Assembly (NCBI GenBank): GCA_958295755.1
Contig: OY282367.1
Coordinates: 204,294 to 268,293 of the forward strand
Source: an uncultured Acidimicrobiales bacterium
Lineage (GTDB): Bacteria; Actinomycetota; Acidimicrobiia; Acidimicrobiales; Hopanoidiivorantaceae
Reading direction: 5' to 3'
DNA length: 64,000 nucleotides
The position numbers were made by a program, and so were the translations under genes. This document shows, piece by piece, positions 37,509-47,768 of the stretch (position 1 is its first letter; each line of letters starts with the position of its first letter). The notes below the pieces were generated by a model. That model had not been told where the DNA came from. It saw only the letters and a program-made list of their open reading frames with translations, and searched no databases.

Positions 37509-38771
37509 CTACCTTGTCTTAGCCAAGCCTTTCATTGCTGCGTAGGCGAGTTCGGCAGGTTTTAGTTCGCCGGGGCGGAGAAGATTGGCCATTATTCGCA
37601 GTGCCCATTCCATGAAGGTGCGCGACTGCATCCCAGAATTGGTGAGGCGGCGAATGAGATCAGGGTTGCCGATGGCTTTAGCAAAGAGGTGGCCGACCCG
37701 AAAATACAAGCCGTAGGTGGTTTCCAACCAGCGGGAGTATTCGCTAAGAATGCTAAGGTCGCTGTGGGCAACCGCCGAGGCGATGATGTTGGCGGCGGCA
37801 CGGCCAGTTTCGTAGGCGTAGTCTATGCCTTCGCCGTTAAAGGGATTGACGGTGCCCGCCGCGTCACCCACGATGAGCCAGTTGGGGCCAGCTTTAGGCT
37901 GCACCGAACCACCCATTGGCAATCTGCCACCTACAGGGGTAATCTCAGGGCGAGTAGGATCCACCCCCCAGAAATCGGGCAAAGCGTGCGCCCATTCTTC
38001 CATCAGCCAACTCGTATTTACGCTCTTATAATCACGGAAAGTAGACAGCAAGCCAATGCCCACATTCACCTTGCCGTCGCCGAGTGGAAACACCCAGCCA
38101 TAGCCGGGAAGAGTGTTGCCTTGGCGGTCGGTGATGTCAAGCGCGCTTTCAATCCACGGGTCGTCATGGACAGGGCTGGCGTAGTAAGTGCGAATAGCCA
38201 TGCCCTGCGCCAAACTGCGATCTCGCTTAGTGCCTAGCGCACGTCCGAACCTGGAATTGGCACCGTCTGCCACAATCACAAAGCGGGCTTTGACTTGCTC
38301 GGTTTCGCCTGTAGCTTTGTTTCGCAACACCGCCCCTGTCAGCTCGCCCGACTTGCTGGCATCATCCCATAGCGGCGTCACAGCCTCAACCCCGTGTCGG
38401 ATAACCGCTCCTGCCGACAGAGCGCGCTCGGCCACTAGTTTGTCTAGATCTCGCCTACGCACGACGAAGCCGTAATCGGGATAGGTAGGGTGCGAAGGCC
38501 AAGGTAGCTCCAGCACCGTTCCGTGTGCGCGCACTCGCAAACCCTGATGGCGATGCCAGCTGGTAAATTCCCCCTCTAGCCCCATATCGCTGAGCTCTTT
38601 GACTGCCCTTGGGGTGAGGCCATCGCCACAGGTTTTATCGCGGGGGAAATGCTGCTTGTCTACCGCCAGCACTTCCAAACCTCGCTTCGCCGCCCAATAT
38701 GCTGCCGCCGCCCCTGCTGGCCCCGCCCCGACGATCAAAAGGTCATAGCTTTTTTCCGCATCACTTGCCAT
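37509..38771 (-). CDS. Geranylgeranyl reductase family FAD-dependent oxidoreductase (MenJ-like menaquinone reductase)
   Basis: IVGAGPAG, FPRDKTCGDGLTPRAV, ADGANSR, GYGWVFP, GDAAGTVNPFNGEGIDYAYETG. Confidence 0.88.
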   Translation of the reverse strand: MASDAEKSYDLLIVGAGPAGAAAAYWAAKRGLEVLAVDKQHFPRDKTCGDGLTPRAVKELSDMGLEGEFTSWHRHQGLRVRAHGTVLELPWPSHPTYPDYGFVVRRRDLDKLVAERALSAGAVIRHGVEAVTPLWDDASKSGELTGAVLRNKATGETEQVKARFVIVADGANSRFGRALGTKRDRSLAQGMAIRTYYASPVHDDPWIESALDITDRQGNTLPGYGWVFPLGDGKVNVGIGLLSTFRDYKSVNTSWLMEEWAHALPDFWGVDPTRPEITPVGGRLPMGGSVQPKAGPNWLIVGDAAGTVNPFNGEGIDYAYETGRAAANIIASAVAHSDLSILSEYSRWLETTYGLYFRVGHLFAKAIGNPDLIRRLTNSGMQSRTFMEWALRIMANLLRPGELKPAELAYAAMKGLAKTR

Positions 38772-38862
38772 CGGTCGGCCCAGCTACTTCAACCATTCCT
38801 AGACAATCAAAGCTCAGCCAATCAAAGCTCAGCCAATCAAAGTACTTAGCCATTCAAAGTAC

Positions 38863-39729
38863 TTAGCTTTCTGCGCTTTCTGTCTCCATCGCAGCGGCTC
38901 CGAAAATAGGAGCGAGCAGAGCTTGAATCTCCTCGGCGGTGATATCGGCGGGGAACGACTCGGGTAGTACGATATCACCCGAAGCTGTCATCTCATCCAC
39001 GAGGGCGGCGACAGTGCGGGCGGTGTCGCTGTCGTTATGGACAGCACGCTCGTAAAGCGACACTGAGATGACCTCACGGGCGGTGAGATCACCACTGAAG
39101 CCGGGCATCTCGCCGAACCAGCCAGCCACACGCCCCTCTCCCGCATCGCCCCGACTGGTAGCACCATAAGGGCGACCCACGCCAGTGTCGTTGGTGCCTT
39201 TCACTATCCATTCAATCTGCTGCGCCAAGCCGAGGCCGTCGGGGGTTTCGGGAAAGGTGAGCAACATCTCGCCACCGCTTAGTTGCGGGCCAGAGTTGGT
39301 GCCTGCCCCGTCTGAGGCGTGGCAGCTAGAGCAAGCTGCTGTGGCGGTATAGACCTCTTCGCCGTTGCCGATGAGGCCTGTCTCGCCACGAGTGGGAGAT
39401 TCCAGCGTGCCGACATAGAGGAAAGCCCAAATCGGCAGAAACAAAAGCACGGGCATTGCCCAATAAGGAATACGCTTGCGACCTAAAGCAGCAAGCACAG
39501 ACGGAGGAGTTGGTGGTGGCACCTCGGGAATTGGTGCTGGAACAGGTTGGGGAGCGAGAACTGCTGGGGCAGTCGCAGGGGCAGTAGCGGCGGCAGTAGC
39601 AGCAGCAGGGGTGGCGGCTACTCCGGCGGCATCGCCAGCACCACCGCCGGCATCGCCAGAAGTGTCGCCAGTCAGTAGCTGACGGCGTTCGCGGGAACGT
39701 TCTATCAGATAATCAGGTATGTCAGCCAT
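38863..39729 (-). CDS. Membrane-anchored monoheme cytochrome c
   Basis: One TM segment (WAMPVLLFLPIWAFLYVG), CSSCH, distal MPGF. Confidence 0.85.
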   Translation of the reverse strand: MADIPDYLIERSRERRQLLTGDTSGDAGGGAGDAAGVAATPAAATAAATAPATAPAVLAPQPVPAPIPEVPPPTPPSVLAALGRKRIPYWAMPVLLFLPIWAFLYVGTLESPTRGETGLIGNGEEVYTATAACSSCHASDGAGTNSGPQLSGGEMLLTFPETPDGLGLAQQIEWIVKGTNDTGVGRPYGATSRGDAGEGRVAGWFGEMPGFSGDLTAREVISVSLYERAVHNDSDTARTVAALVDEMTASGDIVLPESFPADITAEEIQALLAPIFGAAAMETESAES

Positions 39730-39911
39730 TGTCAGTGTCAGTGTCTTTTGTCGAGTGCCTTAGAGTTCGCCTTCAAATTCTAAGTGTATTAAAGCCTTGT
39801 TCTATAATATCCAAAAAGAATGTTTTGGCAAGACTAAGAAAATGGTAAGATAGCGCACCTGCTTATAAACTTATCTTGACTGCTAGACCAGCGGAGGAAT
39901 AGAAATCTCAA

Positions 39912-40505
39912 ATGAGCGGCCTACGACAAATTGACATAAGTGTCATAAAGTTCTATCGGGCACTCGGTGGCACTTCGGTTCTCGTCTTCGGTTTTATGGC
40001 GGTGTGGCTGGCCATCACCGGGGAGGTGGATGCGCCCTACTTCAATGTGGCATTCACGGCTTCATGGATTATCGCCTGCCTCGGTATCGTAGCCGTGCTG
40101 GAATACGGCCGTCGCCGCCCCGCCGAAGCCGAGATGACTTGGGGCGAAGCGATGATCGGCGCAGCCTTTTCGTTTTTCTTGTTGTTTTGGATTTACGGAG
40201 TGGTGCCGCACCTCTTCTTGACATTTGCCGACAGCGAGCTGAGCTGGCGTCCCGACCGCCCGCTACAAGGTCCTACCTTGCCTACATGGTTGGCAGAAGG
40301 TCAAGGCTTGCTCGACTGGGCACTGCCCTTCGACCTCAACTATCGCGTGCTCCGCGACCTTCTTGCCACTGGCATCTACGGCGCAGCTCTAGCCGCCAAC
40401 ATCGCGGTGTTCTCTATCTGGCAACGCCGTAACGACCCCGTCTCTGCTCCTCCGGGCGATCAATCCAAGTTCGGTCGTCCTTTAGTGCGTAGAGAGACAG
40501 TGTAA
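39912..40505 (+). CDS. Hypothetical multi-pass membrane protein heading the Rieske/cytochrome b cluster
   Basis: Four hydrophobic segments, TWGEAM and YGVVPH motifs, C-terminal SKFGRPL; GGAGGA upstream. Confidence 0.7.
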   Translation: MSGLRQIDISVIKFYRALGGTSVLVFGFMAVWLAITGEVDAPYFNVAFTASWIIACLGIVAVLEYGRRRPAEAEMTWGEAMIGAAFSFFLLFWIYGVVPHLFLTFADSELSWRPDRPLQGPTLPTWLAEGQGLLDWALPFDLNYRVLRDLLATGIYGAALAANIAVFSIWQRRNDPVSAPPGDQSKFGRPLVRRETV

Positions 40506-40585
40506 TAGAGAGACAGCGTAAAAGATTGCCGAGATATTAGAGTTTGCTTTACTAGAAATTGCCTAACAGAGATTGTGAGATACCC

Positions 40586-41002
40586 ATGCCATCCATAGAC
40601 GCCAACCCTCCGCTTCCCGAATTCAGGGAAGACTATGTGCTCCAAGAAGTGGGCACCGAATGGCTGTCGCAAGCCGTCAAGCCCAAGCAGTTCATCCACA
40701 TAGACCAGTCGGAATGCATAATGTGTGAAGGCTGTGTAGACATCTGTCCGTGGAAGTGCATCCACATGGTCTCGCCCGAGGCAATAGACGAAGCCATCGG
40801 CACAGAACAGCCAGGTGCCGACCCTAGCGACCATGTGATTTTCACGATTGACGATGATGTCTGCACCCGTTGCGCCCTTTGCGTAGACCGTTGCCCCACA
40901 GGTGTGATCATCTTGGGCAAACTAGGCGAAGCCCCGACCGACGGCGACTCTCACCAGCGAGTAGCCTCATACGGTTATGGCTACGGAATGCGACTGAGCT
41001 AA
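40586..41002 (+). CDS. 2x[4Fe-4S] dicluster ferredoxin
   Basis: CIMCEGCVDICP and CTRCALCVDRCP; ATG 40586 preferred over TTG 40559. Confidence 0.92.
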   Translation: MPSIDANPPLPEFREDYVLQEVGTEWLSQAVKPKQFIHIDQSECIMCEGCVDICPWKCIHMVSPEAIDEAIGTEQPGADPSDHVIFTIDDDVCTRCALCVDRCPTGVIILGKLGEAPTDGDSHQRVASYGYGYGMRLS

Positions 41003-41047
41003 AAGATTGAATCAAAGACGAGACGGCGAACAACTAGAGGTAAAACA

Positions 41048-41827
41048 GTGTCAAATCTTCCAACTAGATCGACAAAGGCCAAAAAAGCAGCCGGCGACTT
41101 TACCGACAAGGTAACTGGCTCACAAGCCTGGAACTCCATCTTCCGCCCCGGCTCCATCTTCCGCCGAGGCTATACCGACAGCCCCCGCAACCGCTCTTAT
41201 GTGATCATGAACAGCGTTTTATATCACCTCCACCCAGTGAAGGTAAAACGCCACGCAGTGCGAGTTAGCTACACTCTTTGCCTAGGCGGGCTCAGCTTCT
41301 TCCTCTTCATCTTGCTCACCGTTACCGGTATCTTCTTGATGTTCTTCTATCGCCCTGATGCTATTTCCGCCTGGGATGACATCGCCACCCTAGAAAGCTC
41401 AGTAACCTTCGGCCTGCTAGTGCGCAACATGCACCGCTGGGCGGCCCATCTGATGGTGCTGACCGTCTTCCTCCATATGGCAAGAGTGTTCTACCACGGT
41501 GCCTATAAACCACCCAGAGAGTTCAACTGGGTGATAGGTGTGGTGCTTCTCACTCTTACCTTGCTGCTTTCATTTACTGGCTACCTCCTTCCTTGGGATC
41601 AGCTAGCACTCTGGGCGGTAACAGTCGGCACAAACATGATGGGCTACACACCTGTCTTCGGCGACCAAGTCCGCTTTGTCCTCCTAGGGGGCGTAGAAAT
41701 CGGGCGAGAAACTCTGATTCGCTGGTATGTCTTACATGTGTTGTTACTGCCGTTTGTAATTGTTATATTTATGGCGATTCACTTTTGGCGAGTCCGCAAA
41801 GACGGCGGCATCTCCGGCCCGATGTAG
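41048..41827 (+). CDS. Cytochrome b6-like N-terminal subunit of a split cytochrome b
   Basis: YTLCLGGLSF (Cys at the heme ci position), RNMHRWAAH, HMARVF, TGYLLPWDQ, LHV...IHF, GGISGPM end. Confidence 0.92.
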   Translation: MSNLPTRSTKAKKAAGDFTDKVTGSQAWNSIFRPGSIFRRGYTDSPRNRSYVIMNSVLYHLHPVKVKRHAVRVSYTLCLGGLSFFLFILLTVTGIFLMFFYRPDAISAWDDIATLESSVTFGLLVRNMHRWAAHLMVLTVFLHMARVFYHGAYKPPREFNWVIGVVLLTLTLLLSFTGYLLPWDQLALWAVTVGTNMMGYTPVFGDQVRFVLLGGVEIGRETLIRWYVLHVLLLPFVIVIFMAIHFWRVRKDGGISGPM

Positions 41828-41839
41828 AGAGGGGCGGCA

Positions 41840-42643
41840 ATGGCTGACATACCAGAACATCTTCTGAAACGTGCTCAACAGGCCCGCGCGCGACTGACTG
41901 GTGACGAAGCGACGGGAGGTGGCGACAGCGTTGCTGGGGCTGATGCTGGCAGGGAATCTGAACTAGTCGGTGCTGGGGCTCCCGTGGGCGGATCCTCTAC
42001 AGGTAGTTCTACAGCCGGTGCAGCAGCCAGTGCAGCAGCCGGCGACAAAATCCCCGCCCATCTGCTAGATCGCACAACCCCCGTAGCTGACCGCCCCCAA
42101 ACAGAAGTAGCAGTTCCTACAGCCACAGCACCTCCCGCAGGTTCTGCCGGTAACACCCAGCGACTTCTGACAGTAGTCAAGTCAGGCTCTATCCAAGATG
42201 TCAAAACTCTGCCGTCCGACAAGGTGCATGTCTGGCCGCACTTGCTCATAGTGGAGTTCGTAGCGGCACTTGCCGTTACCGGATTTCTGCTTATTTTCTC
42301 AATCTTCGTCAACGCCCCGCTACTGGAATTGGCCAACTTCAACGAAACCACCAACCCGTCTAAAGCCCCGTGGTATTTCCTCGGGCTTCAAGAGCTACTC
42401 ACGATGTTTCATCCGATGGTGGCAGGTGTCACGATCCCCGGTATGGGTATCTTCCTTTTGATCCTCGCTCCTTATGTTGACCGCAACCCCCACACTGCTC
42501 CCGACAAACGCAAGTTTGCCATCGCTCTGATGACGATCCACCTGCTCTTCTGGGCAACCTTGGTGATGATCGGTTCATTCTTCCGAGGCCCCGGGTTCAA
42601 CTTCGTCTTCCCTTGGGAAGCCGGTCTCTTCTTTGATTTCTAA
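41840..42643 (+). CDS. Cytochrome b C-terminal subunit (subunit IV-like) with long disordered N-terminus
   Basis: VWPHLL, NPSKAPWYFLGLQELL (PEWY-equivalent), PYVDRN, FFRGPG. Confidence 0.88.
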   Translation: MADIPEHLLKRAQQARARLTGDEATGGGDSVAGADAGRESELVGAGAPVGGSSTGSSTAGAAASAAAGDKIPAHLLDRTTPVADRPQTEVAVPTATAPPAGSAGNTQRLLTVVKSGSIQDVKTLPSDKVHVWPHLLIVEFVAALAVTGFLLIFSIFVNAPLLELANFNETTNPSKAPWYFLGLQELLTMFHPMVAGVTIPGMGIFLLILAPYVDRNPHTAPDKRKFAIALMTIHLLFWATLVMIGSFFRGPGFNFVFPWEAGLFFDF

Positions 42644-43512
42644 TGATCCTGGTCATAGTCATTCCCGTGCTAGTACTGCTAGCTTTGGCGATGCTGTTCG
42701 CAGCGTTGCGCCGCCGCGACTCCCGTCTAGCCATCGGCAAGCTCTCTCGTGAAACTCGCCAACGCGATCGCACTACTGCTGCTTCTGCTTCTGATGCTGC
42801 TGCTGATGCTTTGGCCCCCACCGCAGCGAGTGCGGAACAAAAAGCTGTTAGTACCTGGCGAGGCGATGACGGTCAGGCAGAAGTAGTAGAAGCCGAAGTT
42901 GTATCCGATTGGACTCCGCCCGACCCTGAAGCCGTTGGCGTAAGCCGCCGTCAATTTCTCAACCGTTCCATCATTGGCTTCATGGGGTTGAGCGTCTCAG
43001 GCTTCGGCGCAGCCATGATCGCACAGCTCTGGCCGGCGTTTGTCACAGGTTTCGGCGCAGTCATTAACGCCGGCACAGTAGACGACATTAAAGACCAAAT
43101 CCGCGAGAACAACGGCTTTCTCAAGCTCTCGAACGGGCGTATGTGGATCACGGAATACCCTGAATCAGCTATAGAAAAAGCCCGCGAAGTCTATTCCCCC
43201 GGCGAACTCGCAGGTATGGAGCAAGGTCTCATCGCTCTCTACTGGAAATGCCCACATCTGGGTTGCACGGTGCCGGAATGCGTCTCGTCGCAATGGTTTG
43301 AGTGCCCGTGTCATGGCTCGCAATACAACAGAGTGGGGGAGAAGCGAGGTGGCCCAGCCCCCAGAGGTATGGACCGCTTCAGGATGTCGATAAACGACAA
43401 AGGCGAACTGCTGGTAGATACAGGTGGCATCATTCAAGGCCCACCCATCGGCACTAACACAACTGGTCAAGAAGCCGAAGGCCCCAACTGCATAGGCCAA
43501 GCGTCAGAGTAA
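42643..43512 (+). CDS. Rieske 2Fe-2S subunit
   Basis: Tat motif SRRQFL; CPHLGC and CPCHGSQY; GPAPRGM. Confidence 0.95.
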   Translation: MILVIVIPVLVLLALAMLFAALRRRDSRLAIGKLSRETRQRDRTTAASASDAAADALAPTAASAEQKAVSTWRGDDGQAEVVEAEVVSDWTPPDPEAVGVSRRQFLNRSIIGFMGLSVSGFGAAMIAQLWPAFVTGFGAVINAGTVDDIKDQIRENNGFLKLSNGRMWITEYPESAIEKAREVYSPGELAGMEQGLIALYWKCPHLGCTVPECVSSQWFECPCHGSQYNRVGEKRGGPAPRGMDRFRMSINDKGELLVDTGGIIQGPPIGTNTTGQEAEGPNCIGQASE

Positions 43513-44720
43513 TGCTCATACTCGCCGCCTCCACACAGCGCACCATCGGCCTGGTGCTAGCTGCCATCGCCATCTCAGGTTTCATCCTCTACTGGGTTTT
43601 CAACTGGTTTCAGGGACGTGCCGAGACAGGTTCGGAAGTAGAGCTAGCTGTCAATCGCAAACCCTACCATTCAGACGAAGTTCTAGAAACTAAGAAGCTA
43701 GATTCCAGCCTCTTTGCTGGCCTTTTCTGCCTAGTTGTTATCGGCATAGCCTTGCCGCTTTATTGGATGGGCGAACCGGGTCGCCACGAAGGTCTGGTGG
43801 AAGAAAATGATGAAGTCGCCGTCCATCGGGGCGAAGAGCTTTACGAAGAGCGATGCGCTAGCTGTCATGGCACCGTCTCAGGGCCGGGCGGTAGCGTGCC
43901 CTACACTCTCACTGACGACAACGGACTATTTCTGGGCAATCTCAACTGGAAAGCTCCGTCTCTAGCCACGGTGCTCTACCGCTATTCGACAGATGAGGTG
44001 GAATATGTTCTGAACTACGGCCGCCCCAACACGCCGATGCCCGCTTGGGGTGCTCCAGGCGGCGGCCCCTTTACGACCCAAGAGATAGATGAAGTGATTG
44101 CCTATCTAGCTCACGAGCAAGTCGCAGATATAGACGAGGTGCGCCAACGGGTAGATGACGGGCTGGTTGCCACCGTCCGCCAACGTCTCACCGCTGCCGA
44201 CCCTAGCCTTGATCCAGATGCCTTGGAGGTAGCAGTGGCATCACGCTTGGAGAGTATCAAAGCTGACCCGACGGAATACGGCGAGCTGTTATTCAATAAC
44301 GAAGGCGACAACGGGGTGTATGGTTGCGCTCGTTGCCACACTCCTGGTTGGTCATATGATGCCGATGATGTGCGCTCCCGTGAGGGCAATATGTTGATCT
44401 CGCCCGAAGAGCCGGGCGGGGGTGGTTTCGGCCCCAACCTAAGCGAAACCATACGGCAGTTTGACACGGCCCAAGATCATGAGACTTTTGTGAACTTAGG
44501 TAGTCAGAACGGCGTGGCATATGGCAACTTCGGGCAAGGTGACGGTGGCGGGCAGATGCCAGCTTTCGGACTGTGCGTAGCCGACCGAGATGCCGGCGAG
44601 CGCGACTTCATCACTCGTGATGCCTTCTGTGATAACCGAGGCGGAGAGGGAGTGCTGACAAATGAGCAAGTAGCTGCGATAGTGGCTTACGAGCGCGAAG
44701 TTTTGGCAGGAGAGAACTAA
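43512..44720 (+). CDS. Membrane-anchored diheme cytochrome c
   Basis: Two TM segments, CASCH and CARCH, MPAWG and MPAFG. Confidence 0.9.
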   Translation: MLILAASTQRTIGLVLAAIAISGFILYWVFNWFQGRAETGSEVELAVNRKPYHSDEVLETKKLDSSLFAGLFCLVVIGIALPLYWMGEPGRHEGLVEENDEVAVHRGEELYEERCASCHGTVSGPGGSVPYTLTDDNGLFLGNLNWKAPSLATVLYRYSTDEVEYVLNYGRPNTPMPAWGAPGGGPFTTQEIDEVIAYLAHEQVADIDEVRQRVDDGLVATVRQRLTAADPSLDPDALEVAVASRLESIKADPTEYGELLFNNEGDNGVYGCARCHTPGWSYDADDVRSREGNMLISPEEPGGGGFGPNLSETIRQFDTAQDHETFVNLGSQNGVAYGNFGQGDGGGQMPAFGLCVADRDAGERDFITRDAFCDNRGGEGVLTNEQVAAIVAYEREVLAGEN

Positions 44721-45904
44721 TGCTTTCAATAGTTCTAGCAGGAATCGGCTGGGAGCCTGAAATCCGAGGTGTCTTGACGGTCGCTTTGGCAACAGCTGCC
44801 TTGGTGGGCACCGTCTGGCTACTGCTGGTGACCAACACAGGCGTGCGACTGGGTTCGCTGGTGACTTTGGCAGGTTTCTTCGGCTGGTTTACTATCATGG
44901 CAGGCACATGGTGGATTTTCGGCATCGGTTACAGCGGCGAAGCCCCGAGCTGGCGTTTCATAGACAGCTACTCCGATGCGGCTGGGGCTGAGTCATCTGG
45001 TATAGAAGACGCCTACCTAGCAGATGTAGATCAGCTTCCCGACCCTAACTGCTCTACTCAGCGCATTTTCCCTCCCTCCAAGACTGGCTGGCAGTTCTCT
45101 GCTGCTCCCACAAATTGTGCCCCCAGAGCTATAGCCCTAGTGCTCGGCTACCCCGGGAGCAACAGACAAGCTGTGATAGATGAGCTTGCTACTGTTGATG
45201 AAGCAGGCATCCGAGAAACTGCAGAAACCCGCAACGCTCTCCGCCAGACAGGCGACCCTCGGAAGTTAAGTGCAAGCGAGCTGGATCGTTCAATTCAAAG
45301 GCAAATCGCCCGCCAAGAAGTAGTTATAGATCAGCTCTCGCTTTCCACTCTGGCAGGTAGTGCCCCGTCTGTGATTGACTGGGCTAAAGACGCAGGCTAT
45401 ATCTCGCTAAAAGGCGGCTGGGATTTGCTACCTAGCACCGAGGCAGGCGAAGCCACCGCCGCAGCCGAAGCAATAGTAGTAGAAGCCGGCGTTTTCACCA
45501 TTGACCCAGACGTCGCCACCCCCGCCTACGCCTTAGTAGACACCTACCATCGGGGCGGCAAACCCGACCGCAAAAGCGACAGCACCTGGGACAGAGTGTC
45601 CAACAAAATCACCAACACCTTGCGGCTGACGCACCCTCCCAACTATGCCGTAGTCCAAATGCGCCCGGTAGTGCCACGTCCGCAAATTCCAGGTGAACCG
45701 CCCCCCCTAGCCGAGATAGATTTGGGCGGCGATACTCTGTCTGTGGTGCTTGAACGAGACATAGGTGACCGCCGGCTGGTTCCGGGTCTGCTAACCATAG
45801 GCTCAGCTCTGATATTTCTGTCGCTATGCATGAACCTGCACATGCGAGATTTGCGTATCAGACGGCGAGACGAGTTAGACATTCTTGCTGAAGCAGAAGC
45901 TTGA
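44720..45904 (+). CDS. Hypothetical membrane protein at the end of the cytochrome cluster
   Basis: Two N-terminal TMs (LLVTNTGVRLG), extracellular region, C-terminal TM; stop/start overlap with upstream gene. Confidence 0.75.
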   Translation: MLSIVLAGIGWEPEIRGVLTVALATAALVGTVWLLLVTNTGVRLGSLVTLAGFFGWFTIMAGTWWIFGIGYSGEAPSWRFIDSYSDAAGAESSGIEDAYLADVDQLPDPNCSTQRIFPPSKTGWQFSAAPTNCAPRAIALVLGYPGSNRQAVIDELATVDEAGIRETAETRNALRQTGDPRKLSASELDRSIQRQIARQEVVIDQLSLSTLAGSAPSVIDWAKDAGYISLKGGWDLLPSTEAGEATAAAEAIVVEAGVFTIDPDVATPAYALVDTYHRGGKPDRKSDSTWDRVSNKITNTLRLTHPPNYAVVQMRPVVPRPQIPGEPPPLAEIDLGGDTLSVVLERDIGDRRLVPGLLTIGSALIFLSLCMNLHMRDLRIRRRDELDILAEAEA

Positions 45905-45919
45905 TTGGCGGTTTATGGC

Positions 45920-46002
45920 TCGTCTTGGCTGTTTGTCTTGCCGCTGTTTTGCCCCCTCGTCTTGCCACTGTTTTGCCCCTTGTCTTGCCCCCTCGTCTTG
46001 CC
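45920..46002. repeat. Degenerate short tandem repeats (gtcttgcc / ctgttttgcccc)
   Basis: Several units of (c/t)gtcttgcc interleaved with ctgttttgcccc. Confidence 0.7.
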
Positions 46003-46045
46003 TATAGACATTACCAGCGGTTAGAAGTGGAGTAAATTAAACACA

Positions 46046-46573
46046 ATGCTCGGTCAATATCTTCCCATTATCGCTCTGGCTGTGTTGGCTGTTGTTTTTG
46101 CCGCGTTGAGTATTTTGGCGTCTCGCATGTTGGCCCCCCGGCGTCGCACGATCGTGAAAGAAGCCCCTTACGAGTGCGGTGTAGAACCTGTAGATACCAG
46201 CTCGCAGCGTCACACCGTGAAGTTTTTCTTGGTAGCGATGCTCTTTATAGTCTTTGATGTGGAGATAATCTTCTTGTATCCGTGGGCAGTTTCGAACGGA
46301 GAGCTTGGGTTGTTTGGCTTCGTGGCTGTGTTGATATTTTCCTTCGCTGTGTTTGAGTCGTTCCTGTATCTAATCAGCAACGGAGCCCTCAACTGGGGCC
46401 CCTCGCGCAAGATGGCTGGAAGCCAGGAGATGGGAGGTATTACTGGCGGAGGTACTATTGGCGGAGGTATCAGCCAACCCAGCGCAGTAAGCCAGAAACG
46501 CACCGCAGCTACCACCATTCGCAGGGTCGGTGCTGGATTGCCGGAGAATTTTCTGGGTAGCAGGCAAGAGTAA
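46046..46573 (+). CDS. nuoA: NADH-quinone oxidoreductase subunit A, with Gly-rich C-terminal extension
   Basis: [28 protein letters not shown]. Confidence 0.95.
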   Translation: MLGQYLPIIALAVLAVVFAALSILASRMLAPRRRTIVKEAPYECGVEPVDTSSQRHTVKFFLVAMLFIVFDVEIIFLYPWAVSNGELGLFGFVAVLIFSFAVFESFLYLISNGALNWGPSRKMAGSQEMGGITGGGTIGGGISQPSAVSQKRTAATTIRRVGAGLPENFLGSRQE

Positions 46574-47211
46574 TGACAGATACCAATGCAGGGCAGGAGT
46601 ACACGGCTGTTCCCGAGCTGCTACCACCCTTAGCCGACGATCGCCTGCTCTCTGAAGGTCTGGAAGGTCTGCAGCACAACTTCATTACAGGCCGCATAGA
46701 GGATATGGTCAAATGGTCGCGTGCTCGTAGCTGTTGGCCTGCCACATTCGGATTGGCTTGCTGCGCCCTAGAAATGATGGCCACGGGCGGTGCCCATTTT
46801 GACTTGGCTCGCTATGGAATGGAAGTCTTCAGGGCGTCGCCCCGTCAAGCCGACCTGATGATAGTGGCAGGTCGCCTGTCTCAAAAAATGGCCCCCGTTT
46901 TACGCCGAATTTACGACCAGATGATGGAGCCTAAATGGGTAATTTCTATGGGTGTATGTGCCTCCAGTGGCGGCATGTTCAATAACTATGCCCTAGTGCA
47001 AGGTGTAGACCAAGTAGTGCCTGTAGATGTTTATGCTCCGGGCTGCCCACCTGGGCCTGAAACTCTGATGCATGCCATCTTGACCCTTCACGACCAAATC
47101 CAAAGTGGCGAACTGCTTCGTCGGCGCAAAGTTGGGGGAGGCGGTGCAGGCGTAATAGTAGAACAGCGAGATGGCCAAACTGCCACCAAGATGGTGAGAG
47201 CAAGCGAGTAA
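46573..47211 (+). CDS. nuoB: NADH-quinone oxidoreductase subunit B
   Basis: [34 protein letters not shown]. Confidence 0.97.
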   Translation: MTDTNAGQEYTAVPELLPPLADDRLLSEGLEGLQHNFITGRIEDMVKWSRARSCWPATFGLACCALEMMATGGAHFDLARYGMEVFRASPRQADLMIVAGRLSQKMAPVLRRIYDQMMEPKWVISMGVCASSGGMFNNYALVQGVDQVVPVDVYAPGCPPGPETLMHAILTLHDQIQSGELLRRRKVGGGGAGVIVEQRDGQTATKMVRASE

Positions 47212-47216
47212 CTGAG

Positions 47217-47768
47217 GTGCGCTCTCAACTGGTGCTGCATCCAGCCAAAGATGAACTAGCAGAGTTAGCTGCCAAGCTGGAAGCCGATGGCTACTGCCAG
47301 TGTGTAGACCTTTGTGCAGTGGATTATCTGACTTCCCCCGACCGCCTAGATCTACCCGATGGCATCGCCCCCCAACGTTTTGAAGTGGTGGCAGTATTTA
47401 TTACTCATGGTATTAACCGCCACAGCATTGCTAGTAGCGGAGTAACTAGCGAAGTAGCCAGTGAAACAACCAGTCAAGGCAATCCCAGTGACGCAGCTAC
47501 TAACGAAAACTCAGCTACTAACACCCCTCACCGAATCCGTGTCCGTGTGCAAGTGCCCGAAGACGACCCCAATCTCCCGTCCCTCACCCACATCTACCCC
47601 GGCACCGAAAATATGGAGAGAGAGATATACGACATGTTCGGCATTTCTTTCCTAGGCAACCCCGACCTGACACGCATCTTGATGCCAGACGAGTGGCAAG
47701 GCCATCCTCTCCGCCGAGATTATGCCGTAGGTCAAGTTCCTGTTCAGTTCAAAGGTGCCCCGTCGTAA
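47217..47768 (+). CDS. nuoC: NADH-quinone oxidoreductase subunit C
   Basis: DLCAVDY, EREIYDMFGI, RILMPDEWQGHPLRRDY. Confidence 0.93.
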   Translation: MRSQLVLHPAKDELAELAAKLEADGYCQCVDLCAVDYLTSPDRLDLPDGIAPQRFEVVAVFITHGINRHSIASSGVTSEVASETTSQGNPSDAATNENSATNTPHRIRVRVQVPEDDPNLPSLTHIYPGTENMEREIYDMFGISFLGNPDLTRILMPDEWQGHPLRRDYAVGQVPVQFKGAPS

